Positions 25,900 to 40,850 of a stretch of 64,000 nucleotides of DNA are shown here, one piece after another. Made by a program: the position numbers and the translations under genes. The DNA is taken from positions 186,001-250,000 of the forward strand of contig OZ176051.1 of NCBI GenBank assembly GCA_964247055.1, given 5' to 3'. How positions within the stretch are numbered: the stretch's first letter is position 1; each line of letters begins with the position of its first letter. The stretch is from Paragordius varius. Its lineage: Eukaryota; Animalia; Nematomorpha. The notes below the pieces were generated by a model. The model saw only the letters and a list, made by a program, of their open reading frames with translations. It was not told where the DNA came from and searched no databases.

Positions 25900-28800
25900 T
25901 TTTTAAATATTTAAAAAATTTATTTTATACGATTTTAAAAATAAAAATGGCTACCTAAAATCCAAATTTGATCAGGTGATGTCACCATAATTTTTTTTGG
26001 GTAGCCCTATGGTAGTTCCATCATCACCCCAAATATTTTCGAGATCGGAGTATAAATGTAATTTTTATGAATTTTTTAAATATTTAAAAAATTTATTTTA
26101 TACGATTTTAAAAATAAAAATGGCTACCTAAAATTCAAATTTGATCAGGTGATGTCACCATAATTTTTTTTGGGTAGTCCTATGGTAGTTCCATCATCAC
26201 CCCAAATATTTTCGAGATCGGAGTATAAATGTAATTTTTATGAATTTTTTAAATATTTAAAAAATTTATTTTATACGATTTTTAAAATAAAAATGGCTAC
26301 CTAAAATCCAAATTTGATCAGGTGATGTCGCCATAATTTTTTTTGGGTAGCCCTATGGTAGTTCCATCATCACCCCAAATATTTTCGAGATCGGAGTATA
26401 AATGTAATTTTTATGAATTTTTTAAATATTTAAAAAATTTATTTTATACGATTTTAAAAATAAAAATGGCTACCTAAAATCCAAATTACATCAGGTGATG
26501 TCACCATAATTATTTTTGGGTAGCCCTATGGTAGTTCCATCATCACCCCAAATATTGTCGAGATTGGAGTATAAATGTAATTTTTATGAATTTTTTAAAT
26601 ATTTAAAAAATATATTTTATACGATTTTAAAAATAAAAATGGCTACCTAAAATCCAAATTTGATCAGGTGATGTCACCATAATTTTTTTTGGGTAGTTCT
26701 ATGGTAGTTCCATCATCACCCCAAATATTGTTGAGATCGGAGTATAAATGTAATTTTTTTGAATTTTTTAAATATTTAAAAAATTTATTTTATACGATTT
26801 TAAAAATAAAAATGGCTACCTAAAATCCAAATTTGATCAGGAGATGTCACCATAATTTTTTTTGGGTAGCCCTATGGTAGTTCCATCATCACCCCAAATA
26901 TTTTCGAGATCGGAATATAAATGTAATTTTTATGAATTTTTTAAATATTTAAAAAATTTATTTTATACGATTTTAAAATTAAAAATGGCTACCTAAAATC
27001 CAAATTTGATCAGGTGATGTCACCATAATTTTTTTTGGGTAGCCCTATGGTAGTTCCATCATCACCCCAAATATTTTCGAGATCGGAGTATAAATGTAAT
27101 TTTTATGAATTTTTTAAATATTTAAAAAATTTATTTTATACGATTTTAAAAATAAAAATGGCTACCTAAAATCCAAATTTGATCAGGTGATGTCACCATA
27201 TTTTTTTTTGGGTAGCCCTATGGTAGTTCCATCATCACCCCAAATATTTTGGGGATCGGACTATAAATGTAATTTTTATGAATTTTTTGAATATTTAAAA
27301 AATTTATTTTATACGATTTTAAAAATAAAAATGGCTACCTAAAATCCAAATTTGATCAGGTGATGTCACCATAATTTTTTTTGGGTAGCCCTATGGTAGT
27401 TCCATCATCACCCCAAATATTTTCGAGATCGGAGTATAAATGTAATTTTTATGAATTTTTTAAATATTTAAAAAATTTATTTTATACGATTTTAAAAATA
27501 AAAATGGCTAAATAAAATCCAAATTTGATCAGGTGATGTCGCCATAATTTTTTTTGGGTAGCCCTATGGTAGTTCCATCATCACCCCAAATATTTTCGAG
27601 ATCGGAGTATAAATGTAATTTTTATGAATTTTTTAAATATATAAAAAATTTATTTTATACGATTTTAAAAATAAAAATGGCTACCTAAAATCCAAATTTG
27701 ATCAGGTGATGTCACCATAATTTTTTTGGGTAGCCTTATGGTAGTTCCATCATCACCCCAAATATTTTCGAGATCGGAGTATAAATGTAATTTTTATGAA
27801 TTTTTTAAATATTTAAAAAATTTATTTTATACGATTTTAAAAATAAAAATGGCTACCTAAAATCCAAATTTGATCAGGTGATGTCGCCATAATTTTTTTT
27901 GGGTAGCCCTATAGTAGTTCCATCATCACCCCAAATATTGTCGAGATCGGAGTATAAATGTAATTTTTATGAATTTTTTAAATATTTAAAAAATTTATTT
28001 TATACGATTTTAAAAATAAAAATGGCTACCTAAAATCCAAATTTGATCAGGTGATGTCACCATAATTTTTTTGGGTAGCCTTATGGTAGTTCCATCATCA
28101 CCCCAAATATTTTCGAGATCGGAGGATAAATGTAATTTTTATGAATTTTTTAAATATTTAAAAAATTTATTTTATACGATTTTAAAAATAAAAATGGCTA
28201 CCTAAAATCCAAATTTGATCAGGTGATGTCGCCATAATTTTTTTTGGGTAGCCCTATAGTAGTTCCATCATCACCCCAAATATTTTCGAGATCGGAGTAT
28301 AAATGTAATTTTTATGAATTTTTTAAATATTTAAAAAATTTATTTTATACGATTTTAAAAATAAAAATGGCTACCTAAAATCCAAATTTGATCAGGTGAT
28401 GTCACCATAATTTTTTTTGGGTAGCCCTATGGTAGTTCCATCATCACCCCAAATATTTTCGAGATCGGAGTATAAATGTAATTTTTATGAATTTTTTAAA
28501 TATTTAAAAAATTTATTTTATACGATTTTAAAAATAAAAATGGCTACCTAAAATCCAAATTTGATCAGGTGATCTCGCCATAATTTTTTTTGGGTAGCCC
28601 TATGGTAGTTCCATCATCACCCCAAATATTTTTGAGATCGGACTTTAAATGTAATTTTTATGAATTTTTTAAATATTTAAAAAATTTATTTTATACGATT
28701 TTAAAAATAAAAATGGCTACCTAAAATCCAAATTTGATCAGGTGATGTCGCCATAATTTTTTTTGGGTAGCCCTATGGTAGTTCCATCATCACCCCAAAT

Positions 28801-31800
28801 ATTTTCGAGATCGGAGTATAAATGTAATTTTTATGAATTTTTTAAATATTTAAAAAATTTATTTTATACGATTTTAAAAATAAAAATGGCTACCTAAAAT
28901 CCAAATTACATCAGGTGATGTCACCATAATTATTTTTGGGTAGCCCTATGGTAGTTCCATCATCACCCCAAATATTGTCGAGATTGGAGTATAAATGTAA
29001 TTTTTATGAATTTTTTAAATATTTAAAAAATTTATTTTATACGATTTTTAAAATAAAAATGGCTACCTAAAATCCAAATTTGATCAGGTGATGTCGCCAT
29101 AATTTTTTTTGGGTAGCCCTATGGTAGTTCCATCATCACCCCAAATATTTTCGAGATCGGAGTATAAATGTAATTTTTATGAATTTTTTAAATATTTAAA
29201 AAATTTATTTTATACGATTTTAAAAATAAAAATGGCTACCTAAAATTCAAATTTGATCAGGTGATGTCACCATAATTTTTTTTGGGTAGTCCTATGGTAG
29301 TTCCATCATCACCCCAAATATTTTCGAGATCGGAGTATAAATGTAATTTTTATGAATTTTTTAAATATTTAAAAAATTTATTTTATACGATTTTAAAAAT
29401 AAAAATGGCTACCTAAAATCCAAATTACATCAGGTGATGTCACCATAATTATTTTTGGGTAGCCCTATGGTAGTTCCATCATCACCCCAAATATTGTCGA
29501 GATTGGAGTATAAATGTAATTTTTATGAATTTTTTAAATATTTAAAAAATTTATTTTATACGATTTTTAAAATAAAAATGGCTACCTAAAATCCAAATTT
29601 GATCAGGTGATGTCGCCATAATTTTTTTTGGGTAGCCCTATAGTAGTTCCATCATCACCCCAAATATTTTCGAGATCGGAGTATAAATGTAATTTTTATG
29701 AATTTTTTAAATATTTAAAAAATTTATTTTATACGATTTTAAAAATAAAAATGGCTACCTAAAATCCAAATTTGATCAGGTGATGTCACCATAATTTTTT
29801 TTGGGTAGCCCTATGGTAGTTCCATCATCACCCCAAATATTTTCGAGATCGGAGTATAAATGTAATTTTTATGAATTTTTTAAATATTTAAAAAATTTAT
29901 TTTATACGATTTTAAAAATAAAAATGGCTACCTAAAATTCAAATTTGATCAGGTGATGTCACCATAATTTTTTTTGGGTAGTCCTATGGTAGTTCCATCA
30001 TCACCCCAAATATTTTCGAGATCGGAGTATAAATGTAATTTTTATGAATTTTTTAAATATTTAAAAAATTTATTTTATACGATTTTTAAAATAAAAATGG
30101 CTACCTAAAATCCAAATTTGATCAGGTGATGTCGCCATAATTTTTTTTGGGTAGCCCTATGGTAGTTCCATCATCACCCCAAATATTTTCGAGATCGGAG
30201 TATAAATGTAATTTTTATGAATTTTTTAAATATTTAAAAAATTTATTTTATACGATTTTAAAAATAAAAATGGCTACCTAAAATCCAAATTACATCAGGT
30301 GATGTCACCATAATTATTTTTGGGTAGCCCTATGGTAGTTCCATCATCACCCCAAATATTGTCGAGATTGGAGTATAAATGTAATTTTTATGAATTTTTT
30401 AAATATTTAAAAAATTTATTTTATACGATTTTAAAAATAAAAATGGCTACCTAAAATCCAAATTTGATCAGGTGATGTCACCATAATTTTTTTTGGGTAG
30501 TTCTATGGTAGTTCCATCATCACCCCAAATATTGTTGAGATCGGAGTATAAATGTAATTTTTTTGAATTTTTTAAATATTTAAAAAATTTATTTTATACG
30601 ATTTTAAAAATAAAAATGGCTACCTAAAATCCAAATTTGATCAGGAGATGTCACCATAATTTTTTTTGGGTAGCCCTATGGTAGTTCCATCATCACCCCA
30701 AATATTTTCGAGATCGGAATATAAATGTAATTTTTATGAATTTTTTAAATATTTAAAAAATTTATTTTATACGATTTTAAAATTAAAAATGGCTACCTAA
30801 AATCCAAATTTGATCAGGTGATGTCACCATAATTTTTTTTGGGTAGCCCTATGGTAGTTCCATCATCACCCCAAATATTTTCGAGATCGGAGTATAAATG
30901 TAATTTTTATGAATTTTTTAAATATTTAAAAAATTTATTTTATACGATTTTAAAAATAAAAATGGCTACCTAAAATCCAAATTTGATCAGGTGATGTCAC
31001 CATATTTTTTTTTGGGTAGCCCTATGGTAGTTCCATCATCACCCCAAATATTTTGGGGATCGGACTATAAATGTAATTTTTATGAATTTTTTGAATATTT
31101 AAAAAATTTATTTTATACGATTTTAAAAATAAATATGGCTACCTAAAATCCAAATTTGATCAGGTGATGTCACCATAATTTTTTTTGGGTAGCCCTATGG
31201 TAGTTCCATCATCACCCCAAATATTTTCGAGATCGGAGTATAAATGTAATTTTTATGAATTTTTTAAATATTTAAAAAATTTATTTTATACGATTTTAAA
31301 AATAAAAATGGCTAAATAAAATCCAAATTTGATCAGGTGATGTCGCCATAATTTTTTTTGGGTAGCCCTATGGTAGTTCCATCATCACCCCAAATATTTT
31401 CGAGATCGGAGTATAAATGTAATTTTTATGAATTTTTTAAATATATAAAAAATTTATTTTATACGATTTTAAAAATAAAAATGGCTACCTAAAATCCAAA
31501 TTTGATCAGGTGATGTCACCATAATTTTTTTGGGTAGCCTTATGGTAGTTCCATCATCACCCCAAATATTTTCGAGATCGGAGTATAAATGTAATTTTTA
31601 TGAATTTTTTAAATATTTAAAAAATTTATTTTATACGATTTTAAAAATAAAAATGGCTACCTAAAATCCAAATTTGATCAGGTGATGTCGCCATAATTTT
31701 TTTTGGGTAGCCCTATAGTAGTTCCATCATCACCCCAAATATTGTCGAGATCGGAGTATAAATGTAATTTTTATGAATTTTTTAAATATTTAAAAAATTT

Positions 31801-32540
31801 ATTTTATACGATTTTAAAAATAAAAATGGCTACCTAAAATCCAAATTTGATCAGGTGATGTCACCATAATTTTTTTGGGTAGCCTTATGGTAGTTCCATC
31901 ATCACCCCAAATATTTTCGAGATCGGAGTATAAATGTAATTTTTATGAATTTTTTAAATATTTAAAAAATTTATTTTATACGATTTTAAAAATAAAAATG
32001 GCTACCTAAAATCCAAATTTGATCAGGTGATGTCGCCATAATTTTTTTTGGGTAGCCCTATAGTAGTTCCATCATCACCCCAAATATTTTCGAGATCGGA
32101 GTATAAATGTAATTTTTATGAATTTTTTAAATATTTAAAAAATTTATTTTATACGATTTTAAAAATAAAAATGGCTACCTAAAATCCAAATTTGATCAGG
32201 TGATGTCACCATAATTTTTTTTGGGTAGCCCTATGGTAGTTCCATCATCACCCCAAATATTTTCGAGATCGGAGTATAAATGTAATTTTTATGAATTTTT
32301 TAAATATTTAAAAAATTTATTTTATACGATTTTAAAAATAAAAATGGCTACCTAAAATCCAAATTTGATCAGGTGATCTCGCCATAATTTTTTTTGGGTA
32401 GCCCTATGGTAGTTCCATCATCACCCCAAATATTTTTGAGATCGGACTTTAAATGTAATTTTTATGAATTTTTTAAATATTTAAAAAATTTATTTTATAC
32501 GATTTTAAAAATAAAAATGGCTACCTAAAATCCAAATTTG
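25900..32540. repeat. Near-identical ~2.85-kb (16-17 monomer) block duplicated at 3804 bp (22 monomers): ~25900-28740 and ~29700-32540
   Basis: Constant 3804 offset for aaatTcaaa 26135/29939, aattACatcagg 26488/30292, gtagTTct 26697/30501 and caggAgatg 26842/30646. Further markers (aaaattaaaa, accatAttt, ggctaAAtaaa, atataaaaaa, tagccTtatg, gatCtcgcc) are also shared. Confidence 0.94.
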
Positions 32541-35500
32541 ATCAGGTGATGTCACCATAATTTTTTTTGGGTAGCCCTATGGTAGTTCCATCATCACCCC
32601 AAATATTTTCGAGATCGGAGTATAAATGTAATTTTTATGAATTTTTTAAATATTTAAAAAATTTATTTTATACGATTTTAAAAATAAAAATGGCTAAATA
32701 AAATCTTGATCAGGTGATGTCACCATAATTTTTTTTGGGTAGCCCTATGGTAGTTCCATCATCACCCCAAATATTTTCGAGATCGGAGTATAAATGTAAT
32801 TTTTATGAATTTTTTAAATATTTAAAAAATTTATTTTATACGATATTAAAAATAAAAATGGCTACCTAAAATCCAAATTTGATCAGGTGATGTCACCATA
32901 ATTTTTTTTGGGTAGCCTTATGGTAGTTCCATCATCACCCCAAATATTTTCGAGATCGGAGTATAAATGTAATTTTTATGAATTTTTTAAATATTTAAAA
33001 AATTTATTTTATACGATTTTAAAAATAAAAATGGCTACCTAAAATCCAAATTTGATCAGGTGATGTCGCCATAATTTTTTTTGGGTAGCCCTATAGTAGT
33101 TCCATCATCACCCCAAATATTTTCGCGATAGGAGTATAAATGTAATTTTTATGAATTTTTTAAATATTTAAAAAATTTATTTTATACGATTTTAAAATAA
33201 AAATGGCTACCTAAAATCCAAATTTGATCAGGTGATGTCACCATAATTTTTTTTGGGTAGCCCTATGGTGGTTCCATCATCATCCCAAATATTTTCGAGA
33301 TCGGAGTATAAATGTAATTTTTATTAATTTTTTAAATATTTAAAAAATTTATTTTATACGATTTTAAAAATAAAAATGGCTACCTAAAATCCAAATTTGA
33401 TCAGGTGATGTCGCCATAATTTTTTTTGGGTAGCCCTATGGTAGTTCCATCATAACTCCAAATATTTTTGAGATCGGACTTTAAATGTAATTTTTATGAA
33501 TTTTTTAAATATTTAAAAAATTTATTTTATACGATTTTAAAAATAAAAATGGCTACCTAAAATTCAAATTTGATCAGGTGATGTCACCATAATTTTTTTT
33601 GTGTAGTCCTATGGTAGTTCCATCATCACCCCAAATATTGTCGAGGTCGGAGTATAAATGTAATTTTTTTGAATTTTTTAAATATTTAAAAAATTTATTT
33701 TATACGATTTTAAAAATAAAAATGGCTACCTAAAATCCAAATTTGTTCAGGTGATGTCGCCATAATTTTTTTTGCGTAGCCCTATGGTAGTTCTATCATC
33801 ACCCCAAATATTTTGGGGATCGGACTATAAATGTAATTTTTATGAATTTTTTAAATATTTAAAAAATTTATTTTATACGATTTTAAAAATAAAAATGGCT
33901 ACCTAAAATCCAAATTTGATCAGGTGATGTCGCCATAATTTTTTTTGGGTAGCCCTATGGTAGTTCCATCATCACCCCAAATATTTTGGGGATCGGACTA
34001 TAAATGTAATTTTTATGAATTTTTTAAATATTTAAAAAATTTATTTTATACGATTTTAAAAATAAAAATGGCTACCTAAAATCCAAATTTGATCAGGTGA
34101 TGTCGCCATAATTTTTTTTGGGTAGCCCTATAGTAGTTCCATCATCACCCCAAATATTTTCGAGATCGGAGTATAAATGTAATTTTTATGAATTTTTTAA
34201 ATATTTAAAAAATTTATTTTATACGATTTTAAAAATAAAAATGGCTACCTAAAATCCAAATTTGATCAGGTGATGTCACCATAATTTTTTTTGGGTAGCC
34301 CTATGGTGGTTCCATCATCATCCCAAATATTTTCGAGATCGGAGTATAAATGTAATTTTTATTAATTTTTTAAATATTTAAAAAATTTATTTTATACGAT
34401 TTTAAAAATAAAAATGGCTACCTAAAATCCAAATTTGATCAGGTGATGTCGCCATAATTTTTTTTGGGTAGCCCTATGGTAGTTCCATCATCACCCCAAA
34501 TATTTTGGGGATCGGACTATAAATGTACTTTTTATGAATTTTTTAAATATTTAAAAAATTTATTTTATACGATTTTAAAAATAAAAATGGCTACCTAAAA
34601 TCCAAATTTGATCAGGTGATGTCGCCATAATTTTTTTTGGGTAGCCCTATGGTAGTTCCATCATCACCCCAAATATTTTGGGGATCGGACTATAAATGTA
34701 ATTTTTATGAATTTTTTAAATATTTAAAAAATTTATTTTATACGATTTTAAAAATAAAAATGGCTACCTAAAATCCAAATTTGATCAGGTGATGTCACCA
34801 TAGTTTTTTTTGGGTAGCCCTATGGTGGTTCCATCATCATCCCAAATATTTTCGAGATCGGAGTATAAATGTAATTTTTATTAATTTTTTAAATATTTAA
34901 AAAATTTATTTTATACGATTTTAAAAATAAAAATGGCTACCTAAAATCCAAATTTGATCAGGTGATGTCGCCATAATTTTTTTTGGGTAGCCCTATGGTA
35001 GTTCCATCATCACCCTAAATATTTTGGGGATCGGACTATAAATGTACTTTTTATGAATTTTTTAAATATTTAAAAAATTTATTTTATACGATTTTAAAAA
35101 TAAAAATGGCTACCTAAAATCCAAATTTGATCAGGTGATGTCACCATAATTTTTTTTATGTAGCCCTATGGTAGTTCCATCATCACCCCAAATATTGTCG
35201 AGATCGGAGTATAAATGTAATTTTTTTGAATTTTTTAAATATTTAAAAAATTTATTTTATACGATTTTAAAAATAAAAATGGCTACCTAAAATCCAAATT
35301 TGTTCAGGTGATGTCGCCATAATTTTTTTTGCGTAGCCCTATGGTAGTTCTATCATCACCCCAAATATTTTGGGGATCGGACTATAAATGTAATTTTTAT
35401 GAATTTTTTAAATATTTAAAAAATTTATTTTATACGATTTTAAAAATAAAAATGGCTACCTAAAATCAAAATTTGATCAGGTGATGTCGCCATAATTTTT

Positions 35501-36999
35501 TTTGGGTAGCCCTATGGTAGTTCCATCATCACCCCAAATATTTTGGGGATCGGACTATAAATGTAATTTTTATGAATTTTTTAAATATTTAAAAAATTTA
35601 TTTTATAAGATTTTAAAAATAAAAATGGCTACCTAAAATCCAAATTTGATCAGGTGATGTCACCATAATTTATTTGGGTAGCCCTATGGTAGTTCCATCA
35701 TCACCCCAAATATTTTGGGGATCGGAGTATAAATGTAATTTTTATGAATTTTTTAAATATTTAAAAAATTTATTTTATACGATTTTAAAAATAAAAATGG
35801 CTACCTAAAATCCAAATTTGATCAGGTGATGTCACTATAATTTTTTTGGGTAGCCCTATGGTAGTTCCATCATCACCCCAAATATTTTCGAGATCGGAGT
35901 ATAAATGTAATTTTTATTAATTTTTTAAATATTTAAAAAAATTATTTTATACGATATTAAAAATAAAAATGGCTACCTAAAATCCAAATTTGATCAGGTG
36001 ATGTCACCATAATTTTTTTTGGGTAGCCCTATGGTAGTTCCATCATCACCCCAAATATTTTGGGGATTGGACTATAAATGTAATTTTTATGAATTTTTTA
36101 AATATTTAAAAAATTTATTTTATACGATTTTAAAAATAAAAATGGCTACCTAAAATCCATATTTGATCAGGTGATGTAGCCATAATTATTTTTGGGTAGC
36201 CCTATAGTAGTTCCATCATCACCCCAAATATTTTTGAGATCGGAGTATAAATGTAATTTTTATGAATTTTTTAAATATTTAAAAAATTTATTTTATACGA
36301 TTTTAAAAATAAAAATGGCTACCTAAAATCCAAATTTGATCAGGTGATGTCACCATAATTTTTTTTGGGTAGCCCTATGGTCCATCATCACCCCAAATAT
36401 TGTCGAGATCGGAGTATAAATGTAATTTTTATGAATTTTTTAAATATTTAAAAAATTTATTTTATACGATTTTAAAAATAAAAATGGATACCTAAAATCC
36501 AAATTTGATCAGGTGATGTCACTATAATTTTTTTGGGTAGCCCTATGGTAGTTCCATCATCACCCCAAATATTTTCGAGATCGGAGTATAAATGTAATTT
36601 TTATGAATTTTTTAAATATTTAAAAAATTTATTTTATACGATTTTAAAAATAAAAATGGCTACCTAAAATCCAAATTTGATCAGGTGATGTCACCATAAT
36701 TTTTTTGGGTAGCCCTATGGTAGTTCCATCATCACCCCAAATATTTTCGAGATCTGAGTATAAATGTAATTTTTATGAATTTTTTAAATATTTAAAAAAT
36801 TTATTTTATACGATTTTAAAAATAAAAATGGCTACCTAAAATCCAAATTTGATCAGGTGATGTCACCATAATTTTTTTTGGGTAGCCCTATGGTAATTCC
36901 ATCATCACCCCAAATATTGTCGAGATCGGAGTATAAATGTAATTTTTTTGAATTTTTTGAATATTTAAAAAATTTATTTTATACGATTTTAAAAATAAA

Positions 37000-39900
37000 A
37001 ATGGCTACCTAAAATCCAAATTTGATCAGGTGATGTCACCATAATTTTTTTGGGTAGCCCTATGGTAGTTCCATCATCACCCCAAATATTTTCGAGATCG
37101 GAGTATAAATGTAATTTTTATGAATTTTTTAAATATTTAAAAAATTTATTTTATACGATTTTAAAAATAAAAATGGCTACCTAAAATCCAAATTTGATCA
37201 GGTGATGTCGCCATAATTTTTTTTGGGTAGCCCTATGGTAGTTCCATCATCACCCCAAATATTTTGGGGATCGGACTATAAATGTAATTTTTATGAATTT
37301 TTTAAATATTTAAAAAATTTATTTTATACGATTTTAAAAATAAAAATGGCTACCTAAAATCCAAATTTGATCAGGTGATGTTACCATAATTTTTTTGGGT
37401 AGCCCAATGTTCCATCATCACCCCAAATATTTTCGAGATCGGAGTATAAATGTAATTTTTATGAATTTTTTAAATATTTAAAAAATTTATTTTATACGAT
37501 TTTAAAAATAAAAATGGCTACCTAAAATCCAAATTTGATCAGGTGATGTCGCCATAATTTTTTTTGGGTAGCCCTATGGTAGTTCCATCATCACCCCAAA
37601 TATTTTGGGGATTGGACTATAAATGTAATTTTTATGAATTTTTTAAATATTTAAAAAATTTATTTTATACGATTTTAAAAATAAAAATGGCTACCTAAAA
37701 TCCAAATTTGATCAGGTGATGTCACCATAATTTTTTTTGGGTAGCCCTATAGTAGTTCCATCATCACCCCAAATATTTTCGAGATCGGAGTATAAATGTA
37801 ATTTTTATGAATTTTTTAAATATTTAAAAAATTTATTTTATACGATTTTAAAAATAAAAATGGCTACCTAAAATCTAAATTTGATCAGGTGATGTCATCA
37901 TAATTTTTTTTGGGTAGCCCTATGGTAATTCCATCATCACCCCAAATATTGTCGAGATCGGAATATAAATGTAATTTTTATGAATTTTTTAAATATTTAA
38001 AAAATTTATTTTATACGATTTTAAAAATAAAAATGGCTACCTAAAATCCAAATTTGATCAGGTGATGTCACCATAATTTTCTTTGGGTAGCCCTATAATA
38101 ATTCCATCATCACCCCAAATATTGTCGAGATCGGAGTATAAATGTAATTTTTTTGAATTTTTTTAATATTTAAAAAATTTATTTTATACGATTTTAAAAA
38201 TAAAAATGGCTACCTAAAATCCAAATTTGATCAGGTGATGTCTCCATAATTTTTTTTGGGTAGCCCTATGGTAGTTCCATCATCACCCCAAATATTTTGG
38301 GGATTGGACTATAAATGTAATTTTTATGAATTTTTTAAATATTTAAAAAATTTATTTTATACGATTTTAAAAATAAAAATGGCTACCTAAAATCCAAATT
38401 TGATCAGGTGATGTCACCATAATTTTTTTTGGGTAGCCCTATGGTAGTTCCATCATCACCCCAAATATTGTCGAGATCGGAGTATAAATGTAATTTTTTT
38501 GAATTTTTTAAATATTTAAAAAATTTATTTTATACGATTTTAAAAATAAAAATGGCTACCTAAAATCCAAATTTGATCAGGTGATGTTGCCATAATTTTT
38601 TTTGCGTAGCCCTATGGTAGTTCTATCATCACCCCAAATATTTTGGGGATCGGACTATAAATGTAATTTTTATGAATTTTTTAAATATTTAAAAAATTTA
38701 TTTTATACGATTTTAAAAATAAAAATGGCTACCTAAAATCCAAATTTGATCAGGTGATGTCGCCATAATTTTTTTTGGGTAGCCCTATGGTAGTTCCATC
38801 ATCACCCCAAATATTTTGGGGATCGGACTATAAATGTAATTTTTATGAATTTTTTAAATATTTAAAAAATTTATTTTATACGATTTTAAAAATAAAAATG
38901 GCTACCTAAAATCCAAATTTTATCAGGTGATGTCTTCATAATTATTTTGGGTAGCCCTATGGTAGTTCCATCATCACCCCAAATATTTTCGAGATCGGAG
39001 TATAAATGTAATTTTTATGAATTTTTTAAATATTTAAAAAATTTATTTTATACGATTTTAAAAATAAAAATGGCTACCTAAAATCCAAATTTGATCAGGT
39101 GATGTCGCCATAATTTTTTTTGGGTAGCCCTATGGTAGTTCCATCATCACCCCAAATATTTTGGGGATCGGACTATAAATGTAATTTTTATGAATTTTTT
39201 AAATGTTTAAAAAATTTATTTTATACGATTTTAAAAATAAAAATGGCTACCTAAAATCCAAATTTGATCAGGTGATGTTACCATAATTTTTTTGGGTAGC
39301 CCAATGGTAGTTCCATCATCACCCCAAATATTTTCGAGATCGGAGTATAAATGTAATTTTTATGAATTTTTTAAATATTTAAAAAATTTATTTTATACGA
39401 TTTTAAAAATAAAAATGGCTACCTAAAATCCAAATTTGATCAGGTGATGTCGCCATAATTTTTTTTGGGTAGCCCTATGGTAGTTCCATCATCACCCCAA
39501 ATATTTTGGGGATTGGACTATAAATGTAATTTTTATGAATTTTTTAAATATTTAAAAAATTTATTTTATACGATTTTAAAAATAAAAATGGCTACCTAAA
39601 ATCCAAATTTGATCAGGTAATGTCACCATAATTTTTTTTGGGTAGCCCTATAGTAGTTCCATCATCACCCCAAATATTTTCGAGATCGGAGTATAAATGT
39701 AATTTTTATGAATTTTTTAAATATTTAAAAAATTTATTTTATACGATTTTAAAAATAAAAATGGCTACCTAAAATCCAAATTTGATCAGGTGATGTCATC
39801 ATAATTTTTTTTGGGTAGCCCTATGGTAATTCCATCATCACCCCAAATATTGTCGAGATCGGAATATAAATGTAATTTTTATGAATTTTTTAAATATTTA

Positions 39901-40850
39901 AAAAATTTATTTTATACGATTTTAAAAATAAAAATGGCTACCTAAAATCCAAATTTGATCAGGTGATGTCACCATAATTTTCTTTGGGTAGCCCTATAAT
40001 AATTCCATCATCACCCCAAATATTGTCGAGATCGGAGTATAAATGTAATTTTTTTGAATTTTTTTAATATTTAAAAAATTTATTTTATACGATTTTAAAA
40101 ATAAAAATGGCTACCTAAAATCCAAATTTGATCAGGTGATGTCTCCATAATTTTTTTTGGGTAGCCCTATGGTAGTTCCATCATCACCCCAAATATTTTG
40201 GGGATTGGACTATAAATGTAATTTTTATGAATTTTTTAAATATTTAAAAAATTTATTTTATACGATTTTAAAAATAAAAATGGCTACCTAAAATCCAAAT
40301 TTGATCAGGTGATGTCACCATAATTTTTTTTGGGTAGCCCTATGGTAGTTCCATCATCACCCCAAATATTGTCGAGATCGGAGTATAAATGTAATTTTTT
40401 TGAATTTTTTAAATATTTAAAAAATTTATTTTATACGATTTTAAAAATAAAAATGGCTACCTAAAATCCAAATTTGATCAGGTGATGTCGCCATAATTTT
40501 TTTTGCGTAGCCCTATGGTAGTTCTATCATCACCCCAAATATTTTGGGGATCGGACTATAAATGTAATTTTTATGGATTTTTTAAATATTTAAAAAATTT
40601 ATTTTATACGATTTTAAAAATAAAAATGGCTACCTAAAATCCAAATTTGATCAGGTGATGTCGCCATAATTTTTTTTGGGTAGCCCTATGGTAGTTCCAT
40701 CATCACCCCAAATATTTTGGGGATCGGACTATAAATGTAATTTTTATGAATTTTTTAAATATTTAAAAAATTTATTTTATACGATTTTAAAAATAAAAAT
40801 GGCTACCTAAAATCCAAATTTTATCAGGTGATGTCTTCATAATTTTTTTT
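37000..40850. repeat. Tandem duplication of an 11-monomer block (offset ~1901 bp)
   Basis: gtcaTcata 37898/39799. Also paired at ~1.9 kb: gatgTtacc+cccAatg, ttttCtttggg, gcgtag+gttcTatc, and ttttatcagg+gtcTTcata (~38921/~40821). Confidence 0.88.
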
